From the human T2T-CHM13v2.0 reference genome, Homo sapiens, in the NCBI RefSeq assembly GCF_009914755.1, contig NC_060936.1: a stretch of DNA of 64,000 nucleotides. The stretch is one strand, 5' to 3'. The notes under the pieces are model-generated. The model ran no database searches, had not been told where the DNA came from, and saw only the letters and a program-made list of their open reading frames with translations. How positions within the stretch are numbered: position 1 is the stretch's first letter; each line of letters opens with the position of its first letter. Below are positions 40,785 through 56,100 of this stretch, piece after piece. The translations under genes and the position numbers were made by a program.

Positions 40785-41932
40785 ATAGTACATTGATAGA
40801 TGGGCCAGACACTGAGATGGCATTTAGGGTGCAAGATTGCATAAGAGATCAATGCCAGGGAAGGAAGGGTAAAGAACTAGAGTTGGGCAGAGAAGCTGAA
40901 CTCCAGTACAGGCCTAACAAAGCCTCTGTCAGCCCGGTAAGGAACTCTGAAATAAGTATTTACCACTGGAGTATGCTTTAAGATGGCAAGGCCGATATAT
41001 CCAACCTCAATCCATGACTAAGTGTGGAAGATCCTGGGAAAAACTATACGCCGGCAAGACAACTCTCTTCAGCTGGGGATAATTACAAAGGAACTGCAGC
41101 TGAAGACTGTCTGCTGCTCACACTCTCTTCAGGAGAACAAAAAGAACTTTCGTGAAGGGGAATTTGGGGAGTAGATCTGTGTCTCCCACAGTCAACCCTT
41201 GTGCTGCTCAAACCTCCTTCTCCATAGAAGTAAGTTGATGTTACAGCTAATGTTTTCTAGTCTTTTTCCTTTCCTCTCATGTTCTTAAACAACTAGCCAG
41301 GACATGCATCACTGCCTATGAGCCTATATATCCTAACCAGATTCAGTGCCCCTCCTGGTTCACAACCAGTGAAAGTTTAAACAGTCAGATTGCTAACTTG
41401 TGCCAGGGGCTGTCTGTGTTCCATTACTGTCAAAATGGGCTCCTCATTGTCAATCAGGTAATGAATGATCAGCTCCCAAATTCCATCTTATCAATTGCTT
41501 GTTGGGCCATTGCTAGTACCAATGATCACAGGTTGCTGTCTCTAGAAGCAGACACTGAGACAGAGAGTTCAAAGGGCAAGTTGTTTATCAATAACCATCA
41601 GCTGCGATGGGAAGGAATTTGGCAAAGGAAAAAGTCAAACCACAATGCAGAGCTGACAAAACCTTAATCCTGCAAGGAGCTCTTGAATGAATATAGCCAA
41701 TCAGAGTGTCCCATGTTTGGGCCAAAATAGCGGGCCTTTCTACTCCTGCCTCACTCAGTCACCAGTTGCAGCCTGCTCCTGAGAAAGGCATGACTTTAGA
41801 TGAGGAAGTCTCTTTCGCTGCGTCCAATTGGGAAGGAGGTGACAGCTGTAGGCTGTTGCTCACCACTCTCCCTTCAGCTGGTCAGTAAGTCCTTGAAAAG
41901 AATTCTGGTTCTTTGTACTTGTTTCTACTGCA
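40785..41932 (-). mobile_element. Internally deleted ERVL provirus: two LTR16A/LTR33-like LTRs (40785-41190, 41523-41932) with about 330 bp internal sequence
   Basis: Both LTRs share cagacactgaga..gcaag..tggca/gggcaga..cagctg..ctgctc. PPT-like and leader-like sequences abut their inner ends. Confidence 0.7.
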
Positions 41933-42185
41933 GTTGTGCTGGGGCACAGAGGAGAAAGGAATGTTTGGTGAAGATGGTACAGATAAGATTTGTTTTTCAT
42001 GAATTCAAAGTTCAAGAGGGTAATATCAAGGACCTGGGAAAAGGAACGGAGTGAAAATTTGAGTCAGAAAAAGAAAATCCAGAACATTATGGGTGTTAGA
42101 ACACAGGAGAAGATAGAAGTTTTCCGTTTGGAAGATGATGAGAAAAGTAGAAATAAGGGGTATCGTTCACTTACACATTTCTAAG

Positions 42186-42225
42186 CCATTTGGCCCCATG
42201 ATTTTAATTGCAGCTGTAAAGAGAG
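42186..42225 (+). pseudogene. Fossil exon 11 (phase 0-1): PFGPMILIAAVKR(A)
   Basis: Acceptor ttcacttacacatttctaag, donor GAG|gtgaga, open frame. Confidence 0.7.
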
Positions 42226-42390
42226 GTGAGACAGTTGTTTGTGGAGTTAGACCTATTTGCTCCTGATCTAAAAAAACTAAATGGCAGCAATGAGCAGCTG
42301 CAAATGAGCCAGTAATTCTGGGTCCTGCATGGATATTTAAACTGAGGGCACGGTGTTAATGTTTCTGTGTCCGTATTTTAATCCTCTTAG

Positions 42391-42533
42391 CTGACTTGGG
42401 AGACTTAAGTCTGAGACTTAACAGAGCCTGTCAGAGCTGATGGGATAATGTAGAGCAGATTTGCCATTCTCACATACAAGGGATGCCAGTTCTCTAGAGC
42501 CTTAATTTTAACACAGAGCTTAACATCCCTTAG
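42391..42533 (+). pseudogene. Fossil exon 12 (phase 1-0): DLGDLSLRLNRACQS*WDNVEQICHSHIQGMPVL*SLNFNTELNIP*
   Basis: Acceptor tattttaatcctcttag, donor TAG|gtcagc. Each stop is one C>T change from CGA or CAG. Confidence 0.75.
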
Positions 42534-42659
42534 GTCAGCCACTAATTCATCAGAATTAAGAGGAATGAACAGGTGCAATTTTCTTTGTAGTAAAAAAGTT
42601 AATAATAAAACTGTTAGTGTGCACTGTATGCAGAAATTGAGACCACTTGGATATTTGCC

Positions 42660-44125
42660 ATGTGGCTTGTAGCCTCAAAAAAGTATTTTTTATTTTTATA
42701 TCAAATATCACTTATATATATGTCTATACTTTCAAAAGAAAAATAGTATACTGCTCTATGAAGTTGTTTTCATTGAACAATAGGTAAATTACATCTTTCT
42801 ATGTCAATGAATATATGACTAAATTATGACCACTTATATTTCATTGATGACCACTTGTATTTCATTATACAGTTTTGTCATAATGCGTTTAGGAAGTCCT
42901 CTGCATTTAAACATGTTATATTTTTTGTTTTTGTATTTTAAAAAAAAGGTCTCCAGTGACTCTTTTAGTCCCTTTACGCCTGTGGACTTATACAATTATT
43001 TCTTTACATTAAATATCTAGAAGTTGAATAGCTGAGTCAAAGTATCTAAATACATGTTAAAAGTTACCCAGTTGCTCTCCAGGAAAGCAGTCTAAATGTC
43101 TTACCTGACCCAAATCAGGTAAGAATGTTCTACAACCTTCCCAATATTGTAGTTAAGAGTTTATTTCATCTCTGCCAATTTCATGCTCAAATATTGTATC
43201 CCTTTTTAAAAATGTTATATTTTATTATTAGTGAAATTGACTATTTTGTTGTGTGTTTTTTGAAAATTTATTTTAATCTTTTGTGAAATTACTTCCATGT
43301 GGTCTTAGCTTATTTCTCTATTTGTATTTTTGTCCTTTTTTTTTTTTTTTTTTTTTTTGATACAGAGTCTCACTTTGCCACCCCACCCAGGCTGGAGTGA
43401 AGTGGCGTGATCTTGGCTCACTGCAACCTCCGCCTCCAGGGTTCAAGCGATTCAACTGCCTCAGCCTCCTGTAGCTGGGATTACAGGTGTGCGCCGCCAT
43501 GCCTGGCTAACTATTTTGTATTTTTAGTAGAGACCAGATTTCACCACGTTGGCCAGTCTGGTCTTGAACTCCTGACCTTGTGATCCACCCACCTTGGCCT
43601 CCCAAAGTGCTGGGATTACAGGCATGAGCCACTGCACCCAGCCTTTTTGTCCCTTTTTTTAAAAAAGCATTGCATATATCAAGGATATTCACTCTTTGCC
43701 TTACTTTATGTATATATTATCTTTTTCATGACTCTTTTTATGTAAAAGTTTGTATTTTAAATTAAAATTTTTAATTTTCCCAATTCAAACCAAAGTTCCC
43801 TATCGTCTAATGCTCAAAATAATCTGCCACATTCTAACATAAATACTTATAGTTTGTTTTTCATAGTTAAAAATTGTAATACATCTGAAATTTATTCTAA
43901 TGCCAGAGTTTAAGACATCTGAACATATTTTTTTTCTTTCAGTTAGTGAGACACCTGACCCAATAGCATTTATTGAATAATTAATTTTTTTCTCATTGAT
44001 ATATACTCGGTATGATTGTGGTCTTTGAATCCTTTCATATTAATTTATCTCTATATTCTACCCTCATAATTATACTGCTTTAATTACTGTAGCTATATTA
44101 TATATTTTAATATCTTAAAGAATGG
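42660..44125 (-). mobile_element. Old L1ME 3' fragment, interrupted by an Alu
   Basis: atagctgagtcaaag, gcatttattgaataat, ctgctttaattactgtagct motifs. Confidence 0.7.
43336..43643 (-). mobile_element. AluSg/Sc-type SINE
   Basis: gaccttgtgatcc (2-bp deletion form). TSD tttttgtcc. Confidence 0.93.
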
Positions 44126-44723
44126 CTGTTAATGCATTCTTTATATTAAAAGTTGCAACTCAAATTTTAGAAATTGCAACGCATACTAGCTGAAACAAAC
44201 AGTTCAAGCTCATAGAATCTAAGAAAGGTTTGACAACCTTGCTTTGATACTTCCATCAAGGCAGCAAGGACTCAAGAACAAGGGAAACTGGAAGGAAACC
44301 CTAAGGCCCTTCCTCCCTGGACGTACCAGCCTCATTTTCTCACTATTCTTATTGTCAGGGTGGGAAACATGGCTATTGACGGCTTTTAGTTTAAGGCTTT
44401 AACTCTCAGATTGAAACTAATTTCAAATTCTGTCTATGGGCTGGTTAGAATTTTCTGGCAAGGAACATATTAGCTCAGCTCAGGTTTGGCATCCACCATT
44501 TTACATAGTCCATGCAGACAAGTACCTGTGAGGATGATTATGTCCTTGGTGGAAACTTTGTAATGAGTTTTGAAATGCATTAGTAGGTTCATAAATATAA
44601 ACAAATTGTTTCGAAGTTATGGTTAGAATTGTGTTTGGTAAAATATTTTGACAAGGGAAATGCAAAATGTTTAAGTAATTATGACAATGCTTTTGTTTTC
44701 TCTTGTTTTAATGTTATATTAAG

Positions 44724-44910
44724 TTTGCTGTTTAAAAAGTGGGTCTGCACAAATGGTTTAAGTGTGTGAAGTACATGCTTGGTATTGCTTATGAAAGAGT
44801 GTCTTTAAGCTATGTGAATTTGTTTAGAAGTCCAGAAGTTTTTTATGACAGAACAATGGGCAGCCATGACCTGGTCACATAAATCAGGCATCCAGGCTCT
44901 ACCTACAGTG
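44724..44910 (+). pseudogene. Fossil exon 13 (phase 0-1): FAV*KVGLHKWFKCVKYMLGIAYERVSLSYVNLFRSPEVFYDRTMGSHDLVT*IRHPGSTYS(V)
   Basis: Acceptor ttttctcttgttttaatgttatattaag, donor GTG|gtgagt. 48 open codons between the two stops. Confidence 0.8.
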
Positions 44911-44999
44911 GTGAGTAGTGAAGGAAATACTTCCTACACATAAAACTGGAAGATTGGAAGAGGAAATAGAGATTCTTTTATTTATTTATTACTGTAAAA

Positions 45000-45046
45000 T
45001 AGGTTGGTGCAAAAGTAATTGTGGTTTTGCCATTACTTTTAATGAC
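45000..45046. mobile_element. Partial MADE1 (Hsmar1-derived MITE)
   Basis: taggttggtgcaaaagtaattgtggttttgccattacttttaatg; second TIR missing. Confidence 0.85.
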
Positions 45047-46652
45047 ATGCAAGAAAATTCTGTTTTCATCAAATTAAAACAAGAAGTGAGATTTAATTAT
45101 GACTTCCATTTTTACTATCATTCTATGATTCTTAACCTTCAGCAAGTCTTTCTAGCTCTCATAGCATTTGTTCACAGTCTAGTCTTTTTTCTTGTCAGTC
45201 TCACCTCCTAACCTGTCAGCTTCTTTAGGTCAGGGACTTTCTTATTTCTCTTTGAGAGCTAAGAAGCAAAACACTGTTTTTAAACATGTTGGTGCTCTAT
45301 ACATGCTTTTTATAAATAACTTAAAAAATAAAGATAGAATAGATATAACAGAATTTAGAGTGGACTAGAAACTAGGTTACTTATTTTTATATGTTCAAGT
45401 ATTTTACATAATTACATTTTATATGAATTTTTTCCTTAGGCCTTTCTTTCTTTACTGTAGTTCTACCAGTTACTCATATGCTACATACCTTGTAGAGAGT
45501 ATAACTCATATCTTCTTTTTCTATTGAACTGAGGCATTTTTTTCTCCCTGAAGTGTGTTCATGGAATAGAAAAACTAAATATCATGTATTAATCAACAGG
45601 TGTTTTATGCAGGATATTATTTCATAGTATAATATTTCATAGTGGGAGAAGAGTTCACTAAGATATAATACACAATATTGCCAACTTAACCTCACATCAA
45701 ATGAGCAAACAAGCATAGGCATCCAAAGGCTTTGGGAGGGTTTATATGCTCTGTGAAAATAAATGCCCTCAAGATTAATGTTCTATGAATTTGGAACTTA
45801 GATCGCGCTCCTAGAGGGAAAGTAGATAATCAAAAATGTACTTTCGATTATAAGCTTCATTATAGTATGTTCTATATACAAGCAAGTGCACAAAGGTGCA
45901 ACTGGGTAAGTTTTGACATATATGTGCACCTGTGGGACCACAAATTATCCCCCAGAGTTCCCTGGTGTCCCTAGTTCCCTGGTGCAACTCTTGTCTTTCC
46001 CAGTCCCCCTCCCCAGGCAACCACTTATCTGTCTTCTGCCACTGTTGAATAGTTTTCATTTTCTATAGTTTTATATAAATAAAACCATATGTTATATATT
46101 CCTTTTTTTTTTGGTCTGGCTTCTTTCACTAAGCATAATTATTTTACAATTCACCCATGCTTTTTATGTATTATTTTTTCAAGATTCACTCATGCTTCCT
46201 TCACTAAGTATAATTATTTTGAGATTTATTCATGTTTTTCATATTTCATTAGTTCATTTCTTCTTATTGCTAAGTGTTATTTTATTGTGTAGATATACCA
46301 CAGTTTGTTCATCCTTTTACCTCTTTATGGACATTTGAGCTGTTTCCAGTCTTTGGCTATTACAAATAAGGCTGCTCTGAACTTCATATGTAAGTCTGTT
46401 GGAAGTTGACTTTCTTTTCTCTTGAATAAAATATCTAGGATTTGGATGGCTGGATCATACAGTACATGTTTTCTAAACAATTGATTTATTCATTATTTGT
46501 TGGTTTATTCATTAACGTCCTCCACCCATCCACCAACTACCACAATATTCGCCGTTCTAACAGGAGGATAGTGGTATCTCATTGTGGTTTTAATTTGTGT
46601 TTTCCTCATGACTAATGATGTTGAGTGTGTTTTCATGTGCCTTTTCACCATC

Positions 46653-47168
46653 TGTGTTAGTTTCCTTTGACTGGTGTCATAAACTATCACAAATTCGGTG
46701 GCTTTAAAACAGAAAGTTATTCTCTCACAGTTCTGGAGCCTAGCTGCCTAAAATCAGTTTGCCAGAGTCAAAACCAAAGTGCTGGCAGGACTGTGCTCCC
46801 TCCAGAGGCTGTAGGGGAGAATCCACTTCCTTGCCCTTCTCAGCATTCAGCGCAACATTCCTTGTATTCCTTGGTTTATGGCCTCTCCCTCCATTGTCAA
46901 GGCCAGTGGCGAAGCACCAATTCTCTCTGACTCTGCTTTCCTCTCATGGCCTTCCTCTCTTCTTGGAGTCAAAACATCCTGTGTCTGCCTCTTATAAAGA
47001 ACATGTGATTGCATTTAGAGCGTTTTTGGTTAATCCAGGATAATCTCCCAATCTCAAATTCTTTAATCACACCTGCAAATTTTTATTTTGCCAAATAAGG
47101 TAGCTTTCACAGGTTCCAGAGATAAAGATGTGGATAAATTTTATGAAGCCATTTTTCAGCCTACCATG
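46653..47168 (-). mobile_element. MLT1C/D solo MaLR LTR
   Basis: tgtgttagtttcct..ttattctctcacagttctggag..ttcagcctaccatg. 5-bp TSD ccatc / ccatt. Confidence 0.9.
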
Positions 47169-50100
47169 CCATTTATTATTTCTTCTTTGGTAAAGTATAT
47201 GTTCAAATCTTTGGCTCTTTTGTTTGTTTGTTTTGTTTTCATCAGGTTATTCCCTTTTAATTCTGTTTTAAGAGTTTTCTTTTATAGATTCTGGATATAA
47301 GTTCTTTACAGGATATGTACTTTGCAAATATGTATTTGTACTCCCAGTTTGGCTCTTCCTGAATTATCCTAAAAGTGTTTTTTGAAGAGCAGAAATTCTT
47401 AATTTTTTGAAAAAAATTTATTTCAATAGTTTTTGGGGTAAAGTGGTTTTTTGTTAAATATCTGAACTATAGAGTGGTGAATTCTGAGATTTTAGTGTAC
47501 CTATTATGCAAGCAGTGTACATTGTACGTAATATGTAGCTTTTTATCCCTGGCCCCCTTTCTACCACCTCTCTCTGAGTCCCTAAAGTTCATTATCTCAC
47601 TCCGTATGCCTTTTCATACTCACTGCTTACCTCCAACTTATGAGCAAGAACATAGTTTTTGGTTTTCCACTCCGGTGTTACTTCACTTAGAATAATGGCC
47701 TCTAGCTCCATCCAAGTGGCTGCAAAATACATTATTTCATTCTTTTTTTATGGCTGAGTAGTAGTCCATGATGTATATATACCACATTTTTCTTTATCCA
47801 CTCATTAGTCAATGGGCACTTAGGTTGGTTCCACATCTTTGCAAATGTGAATTGTGCTGCTATAAACATAGGTGTGAAAGTATCTTTTTCATATAATGAC
47901 TTCTTTTCCTTTGGGTTGATACCCAGTGGTGGGATTGCTGTATTGAATGGTAGATCTACTTTTAGTTCTTTAAGGAATCTCTATACTGTTTTTCATAGAG
48001 GCTGTACACATTTACATTCCCAGCAGCAGTGTATAGGCATTCGTTTTTCCCCATATCCACACCAACATCTCTGGTTTTTTTGACTTTTTATAATGGCCAT
48101 TCTTGCAGGAGTAAGGTGGTATCTCTTTGTGGTTGTAAGTTGCCTTTCCCTGATACTGAGTGATGTTGAGCATTTTTTTCATAAGCGTATTGGCCATTGG
48201 TATATCTTCTTTTGAGAAATGTCTATTCATATCCTTTGCCCACTTTTTGAATTTGTTTTTTGCTTGATTGTTTGTTTGAGTTCCTTGTAGATTCTGGATA
48301 CTAGTCCTTTGTCAGATGCAGAGTTTGAAATTATTTTCTCCCATTCTGGTGGGTTTTCTGTTTACTCTGATTCTTATTTCTTTTGCTGTGCAGAAGCTTT
48401 TAGTTTAATTAGGTCCTATTTATTTTTATTTTTGTTGCATTTGCTTTTGAGGTCTTATTCATGAATTCTTTTCCTAGGCAGATGCCTGGAAGAGTTTTTC
48501 CAACGTTGTCTTCTAGAATTTTTATGATTTTAGGTCTTATATTTAAGTATTTGATCCATTTGAGTTTATTTTTGTATAAGGAGACAGGGATCAAGTTTCA
48601 TTTTTCTATATGTGGCTTGCCAGTTTTCCCAGCACCATTTATTAAATAGGGTATTCATTCATCAATTTATGTTTCATAGGCTTTGTTGAAGACCAGTTGG
48701 CTGTACATATTTGACTTTATTTCTGGGTTCTCTATTCTGTTCCAATGGTTTATATGCCTACTTATTTTTAGCAGTACCATGCTGTTTTGGTAACTATAGC
48801 CTCACAGTATAATTTGAAGTTGAGTAATGTGATGCCTCCAGATTTGTTCCTTTTGCTTCTGATTGCTTTGGCTATTTGGGCTCTTTTTTGGCTCCATATG
48901 AATTTTAGGATTGTTTTCTCTAATTCTGTGAAAATAATGTTGGCATTTTAAGGGGAATTGCATTGAATCTGTAGATTGTTTTGGGCAGTATGGTCACTGT
49001 CACAGTATTGATTCTTCCAATCCATAAGCATGGTTGTGTTTCCATTTGTTTGTGTCATCTATGATTTCTTTCAGCAGTGTTTTGTAGTTCTCCTTGTAGA
49101 GATCTTTCACCTCCTTGGTTAAGTCTATTCCTAGGTATTTTTTTTTTCTTTTGAAGCTGTTATAAAAGGGATTGAGTTTTTTATTTGATTCTCAGCTTGG
49201 TCAATGTCGGTGTATAGCAGTACTACCGATGTGTGTAATTGATTTTGTAACCTAAGACTTTACTGAATTTGTTTTTCAAATCTAGGAGTCTTTTGGAGGA
49301 GCCTTTAGGATTTTCTAGGTATACGATTATATCATCTGCAAACAGCAATAGTTTGACTTCCTCTTTTCCAATTTGGATGCAATTAGGATGTTGCCTAATT
49401 GCTCTGGCTAGGACTTCCAAAACTATGCTGAAAAGGAGTGGTGTAAGTGGGAATCCTTGTTTTGTTAATGTTCTCAGGGAGAACGGTTTCAAGTTTTCCC
49501 CATTCAGTATGATGTTGGTTGTGGGTTTGTCATATATGGCTTTCATTATTTTGAGGTAAGTTCTATGCCTAGTTTGTTGGGAGTTTTTATCATAAAGGGA
49601 TGCTGAATTTTGTTGAAACATTTTTCTGCATCTATTTGAACTGCATCTATTGAAATGATCATAATGGTTTTTTTAATTTTAATTTTAATTTTTTAATTTT
49701 TAATTTAATGTATTTTAATTCTTTTTATGTGATGCATGTCATTTATTGACTTGTGTATGTTAAATCATCCCATCATTCCTGGGGTGAAGTCCACTTGACC
49801 ATGATGCATAATCTTTTTGATGTGGTGTAGGATTCAGTTAGCTAGTATTTTGTTGAGTATTTCTGCATCTATGTTCATCAGGGATATTTATTTGTAATTT
49901 TCTTTTCTTGTTGTGTCCTTTCCTGATTTTGGTATCAGGAGAATACTGGCCTGATAGAATGATTTAGGGAGGATTCTGTCTTTCTCAGTCTTTTGGAATA
50001 GTTTCTGTGGGAATGGTACCAATTCTTCTTTCAATGTCTGGTAGAATTCAGCTGTGAATCCATCTGGTCTTGGGCATTTGTTGTTGTTGGCAATTTTTAA

Positions 50101-51298
50101 ATGACTGATTCAATCTTGCTGCTTGTTTTTGGTCTGTTCAGGGTTTCTATTTTTTTCCTGATTTAATCTAGGAAGGTTGTATGTTTCCAAGAATTTATCT
50201 ATTTCCTCTAGGCTTTCTAGTTTGTGTGCATAAAGATGTTCATAGTAGAAATACAAAAATGATCTTTTGTATTTCTGTGGTGTCAATTGTAATGTCTCCA
50301 GTTTCATTTCTAATTGAGCTTACTTGGATCTTCTCTCCTTTTCTTGGTTAATCTAGCTAATGGTCTATCAATTTTGTTTATCTTTTCAAAGAGCCAGCTT
50401 TATGTTGCATTGATCTTTTGTATTGTTTGTTTGAATTTCATTTAGTTCTGCTCTGATCTTTGTTATTTCTATTCTTCTGCTAGCTTTGGGTTTAGTTTGT
50501 TCTTGTTTCTCTAGTTCCTTGAGGTATGACCTTAAGTGGTCAATTTGTGCTCTTTCAGACTTTTTGATGTAGGCATTTTATGACATAAACTTTCCTCTCA
50601 GTGCTGCTTTTGCGGTATCAGAGAAGTTTTGAATATCATTGTGTTATCACTAAATTCAAAGAATTTTTATATTTCCATCTTGATTTCATTGTTAACCCAG
50701 AAATCATTCAGGATCAGATTATTTAATTTCCATATATTTGTATAGTTTTGAGGGTTCCTTTTGGAGTTGATTTCTAGTTTTATTCCACTATGGTCTGAGA
50801 AGATACTTGATGTGATTTTGATTTTTAAAATTTATTGAGACTTGTTTTGTGGCCTGTCATTTGGTGTATCTTAGAGAATGTTCCATGTGCTGATGAGAAA
50901 AGTGTCTATTCTGTAGTTCTTGGTTAGAATATTCTGTAAATATTTGTTAAGTCCATTTGTTCTAGAGTGTCATTTAAATCCACTGTTTGTTGACTTTCTG
51001 TCTCAATGATCTGTCTAGTGCTGTCAGTGGTGTATAGAAGTCTCTCACTATGATTGTATTGCTATCTCATTTATTAGATCTAATAATAATAGTTTTATGA
51101 ATCTATGAGCTGCAGTGTTAGGTGTATATAAATTTAGGATTGTAGTATCTTCTTGTTGGATTGATCCTTATGTCATATATAATGACATTTGTCTTTTTTC
51201 ACTGTTGTTGTTTTGAAGTTGTTTTGTCTAAGAATAGCTACTCCTGCTTGCTTTTGGTTTCCATTTGTGTGGAATATTTTTTCCACCCTTTACCTTGA

Positions 51299-51906
<608 letters not shown>

Positions 51907-52917
51907 TTACCTTGAGTTTATATGAATCCTTCCATATTAGTTGAGTCTCAAAGACAGTAGATATTTGGTTTGTGATTTTATTTTTAATCCATTCTACCAT
52001 TCTGCATCTTTTAAGCAGAGCACTTAGGCCATTTTCATTCCACATTAATATTGAGATGTGAGGTACTATTCTCTTTGTCATGTTAATTGTTATCTAGATA
52101 GCTTGTACTTTTTCTTGTGTTACTCTTTTATAGACCCTGTACATGTTAAGCTTTCAAGGGGTCCTATTTTGATGCATATCAAGGTTTTGTTTCAAGGTTT
52201 AGAATTCCTCTTAGCATTTCTTGTAATGCTGGTTTGGGTGTGATTAATTTCCTCAGCATTTATTTGTCTGAAAATAACTTTATAGCGCCCTCATTTGTGA
52301 AACGTAGTTTTTCTAAATACAAAATTCTCAGCTGACAGTTATTCTGTTTAAAGATGCTGAAGATAAGAACCCAATCCTTTTTGCTTTGTAAGGTTTCTGT
52401 TGAGAAGTCTGCTGTTAGTCTAATAGGTTTTCCTTTATAGGTTACATGATGCTTTTGTCTTACTGCTTTTTATGTTGACTTTAGATAGCCTGATGACTAT
52501 GTGCTTCAGTGATTATCTTTTTGCAATGAATTTTTCATGAGTTCTTTGAGCTGCTTAGACTTGGATAGTCAAATCTCTAGCGAGGCCTGGGAAGTTTTTC
52601 TCAATTATTCCCTCAAATAAGTTTTCTCTTCTTCCTCAGGAACACCAGTTATTCTTAAGTTTGGCTGTTTTACATATCCCATATTTATTGGAGATTTTGT
52701 TCATTTCTTTTGATTGTTTTTTATTTTTGCCTGATTGGGTTAATTCAAATGCTTTGTCTTCAAACTCTGAAATTCTTTCTTCTACTTGTTCTAGTCTATT
52801 ATTAAAACTTTCTACTTCTTTTTATAATTCCCTAGTGTGTCTTTTATTTTCAGAAGTTCTGACTGGTTTTTCTTTATGATATCTCTATCTCTAGAAAACT
52901 TTTTATTCATACCCTGA

Positions 52918-53177
<260 letters not shown>

Positions 53178-56100
53178 GTGTTTTTAGTGTTATTTTGTGT
53201 TTTTAGTGTTATTTCAAAGATTTCATCTTGGTTTGGATCCATTGTTGGAGAGCTAGGAGCTAGTGTGATCTTTTTGGGGTGTTACAGAACCCTGTTTTGT
53301 CATATTACCAGAGATACTTTTCTGGTTCCCTCTCATTTGGGTAGACTATTTCTGCTAATTATTCTTGAATTTATGTTTTATTTGACTGTGTTGTTTTTAA
53401 TTTATTTTTCCACTTAAGGATGAGAATTTAATGCTTATAGTTAAATATAGGCTAATTTGATTCTTGGTGCATTCATGGCTGAAGACTCTGTACGAGTTCC
53501 TTGGTTATAGAGAGTCTTTGTATAATGGCTTTCTCATGTGCTGCTTGTAGTAGCAATGTGCTCAGTGTGTGGGCAAGTTCACTGTCTCCTATGAGGTTGG
53601 AAGGGGAGAGGTCTCTTGAAGCTTATCTCATAACCCGTGGTGTGCACTTATTTATTTATTATTCCCCATTATTTTATTTACTGGTTTGATGGTTCAAGCT
53701 TCAGACTAGCAGGGGAGGTATCCCTGGATAGGAACTGGATGTGGCTAAAGCAGGTGTGTAAATGCAATATTCAAGGGTGAGCAGAGGTCCCAGCCTGGAC
53801 AGAGGTAGCTGGAGGAGCTTTCAGTGAGTCACACCAAGCTCTTCTCAGGGTGAAGAGTTGGAACCACCTCAGCTCCCCTACCAGGTCAGTAGGAAAGCTA
53901 TCTATCTCTCAGACACACTCCTGTCCCAGTGCTCTGGCTATTCGGATCAGAGAGGCACCTCTTTTCACCTGTAGGAATGTTGATGTTTCAAGTAGAGAGG
54001 AACTGGGACTCCGTCTCTCATGCAAGCCTGAACCTGGAGCATGCTCCTTCTGCAGGGATACAGTCATCCCGACATGTTCCGGAAAGGCTGCCTATAGTTG
54101 CACTCATGCCAAGCTCCCATGGGAGAATCCCCAGCTATGCCTGCGGTGTTGTACGTTGGGGGAAAGATATCCTCTTCTCCAAGACCCTTCACACACACAA
54201 GGACTGTCTGACTGTTGGGTTAGAGCTGCAGTTTCCCTGCTGAGTCCAGCACTGCAACTGTGCCTCTGCTGAAAGAAACTTCCTGCCAGCAAAAAGATCC
54301 ATTGCTTAAGGCCTGCCATCCAAATTCTTTTGTCCCATGGGGTGTTGCCTTGATGTTGTGCACTCCCCCTTGCCCTAGTAGTGGGAATCCCTGTGAGCCA
54401 GACTACTGTGAGTGTTGTTGCTCCTCTGGGTCTAGCCACCCAATGAAATTGCCACACTCCAGGCTGGTGCTGGGGAATGTCTTCAAGGGATTCAGTGATG
54501 TGACCTGTCCTTAAGTCTACCAGCATAGGTAACAGCACCAGCTCTAATGAAGGTGGCAGGAGAATGACACAGACTCTGTGAGATCCCTTGGTTATATACA
54601 GCCTTAGTGTTTTGGCTTTCTCGAACACTGGTTATAGTGGTAAAGAACTGGTCATGTGGACAGACTCAGGACCTCCTGGTTAGCCTGAGTGGTGCAAGCA
54701 GTGGTGATATTGAGGTTACATCATAGTCTTCTCCTTCTTGAGCACAGTGTTATTCTACCAGGAGATGCTGTAACGGACTTTTGTTAGCCTTCAACCAGGA
54801 GATGGTGCTTGCAAAAGACTACCAGCTGTAATAGTAGCAGTGGGATTTTTGCTTGCCTTGTGTTGTCTGGGATGAAGGGTACTCTGGTTTCTCAGGCAAT
54901 GGGTGGGGCCATATAGCTCCCAGAAGTTTATATCCTCCTGGGACACAAAGGCAGGTGGCAGGGTAAAGCCAGGTGGGGGCTGGGTCCGGTGAGTTTGCAC
55001 TCTGAGTCTCCACATGCAGGGCAAGTACAACCCCTCTGGGTGTTGGAGGATGGAGTTGGTTTTCAGGTCAAATGTTCCAGAGGGGATTGTTGCTGCCTCT
55101 GTGGCACAGAAGGGTTTGTGCAGGGAGTGGGGAATAGCAGGTATCAATAAGCCCCACACAGACCCCATGCATTGGGTGAGGCAGATCCACTCCTGCAGTG
55201 TTCCACTGGCAGCACTGAGCTACTTTCCAAACAGCCTGCACTCAAAACTTATAAATGCTCCAGGTCATAAGCTTTTCCCATGGAGAGAACAACCTGGCTT
55301 TCAAGCCACGTCACTCCCAGTCCATCCACAAAGCTGGGCACCCAGCTGCTGCACTCATAGCTGCAATCCACTTTTCACTTGCCTCCCACTGGCCCTGGCC
55401 AAGGGAGTTTGTGCCCACCAGAGATTATATCACGAAACCCAACTGTGGGCTTCTTTCAACCTGCAACCACTGCCTGAACTATTTGGCTGACCTCCACAGG
55501 GTTCCCTGTGAGAAACAATATGGAATGGCTTCCCTTGGTTCATGCTGGAGACTGGGAATGCATGCAACAGTTTTCCCACAGCTGCTCCTACTTTTATATT
55601 CCATAACCCTCTCCAAGTCAGTTCCTGCACTGAGTAAGGGTAAGGCCTTCTCCCTGTGGCCTGGACTTTCAGGCTCCCTGGTAGGAGTATGTATCCTAGA
55701 GAAAATCTCTTCCCACTCATACTCTGGGGACTTGTAGCCCTTTACCTGACTCACAGTGTAGACTGTGGTATAGACTGCAGCCTGCTGTTTCCTTCAAAGA
55801 GTCTGTGGATTCCTTCAGCTTTCCTGTTTAGTTCCTGCATTGCTTCTTGAAAAAAGGTTCACAGTGTGAATATTTACATGCTATTCTGTTCTTCCAAATG
55901 AGAGAGGCATGCTAGCAATGCCTCTAATCTGCCATTTGGGGCAAAAAATGAAATTTTTAATTTCATTTAAGCCCAATTCATTAATTTTTTATGCGGATCA
56001 TGCTTTTGGTGTTCTAAGAAATCTTTGACAACCCAAGATCATGAAGATTTTCTTCTATGTTTTCTTCTAGAAATTTTATAGTTTTAGGTTTTACATTTAG

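Noticed and set aside
53850-55850. Cluster of 90-174 aa ORFs on both strands
   Set aside because: GC-richer L1PB 5'UTR with fewer chance stops; no recognisable protein signal.
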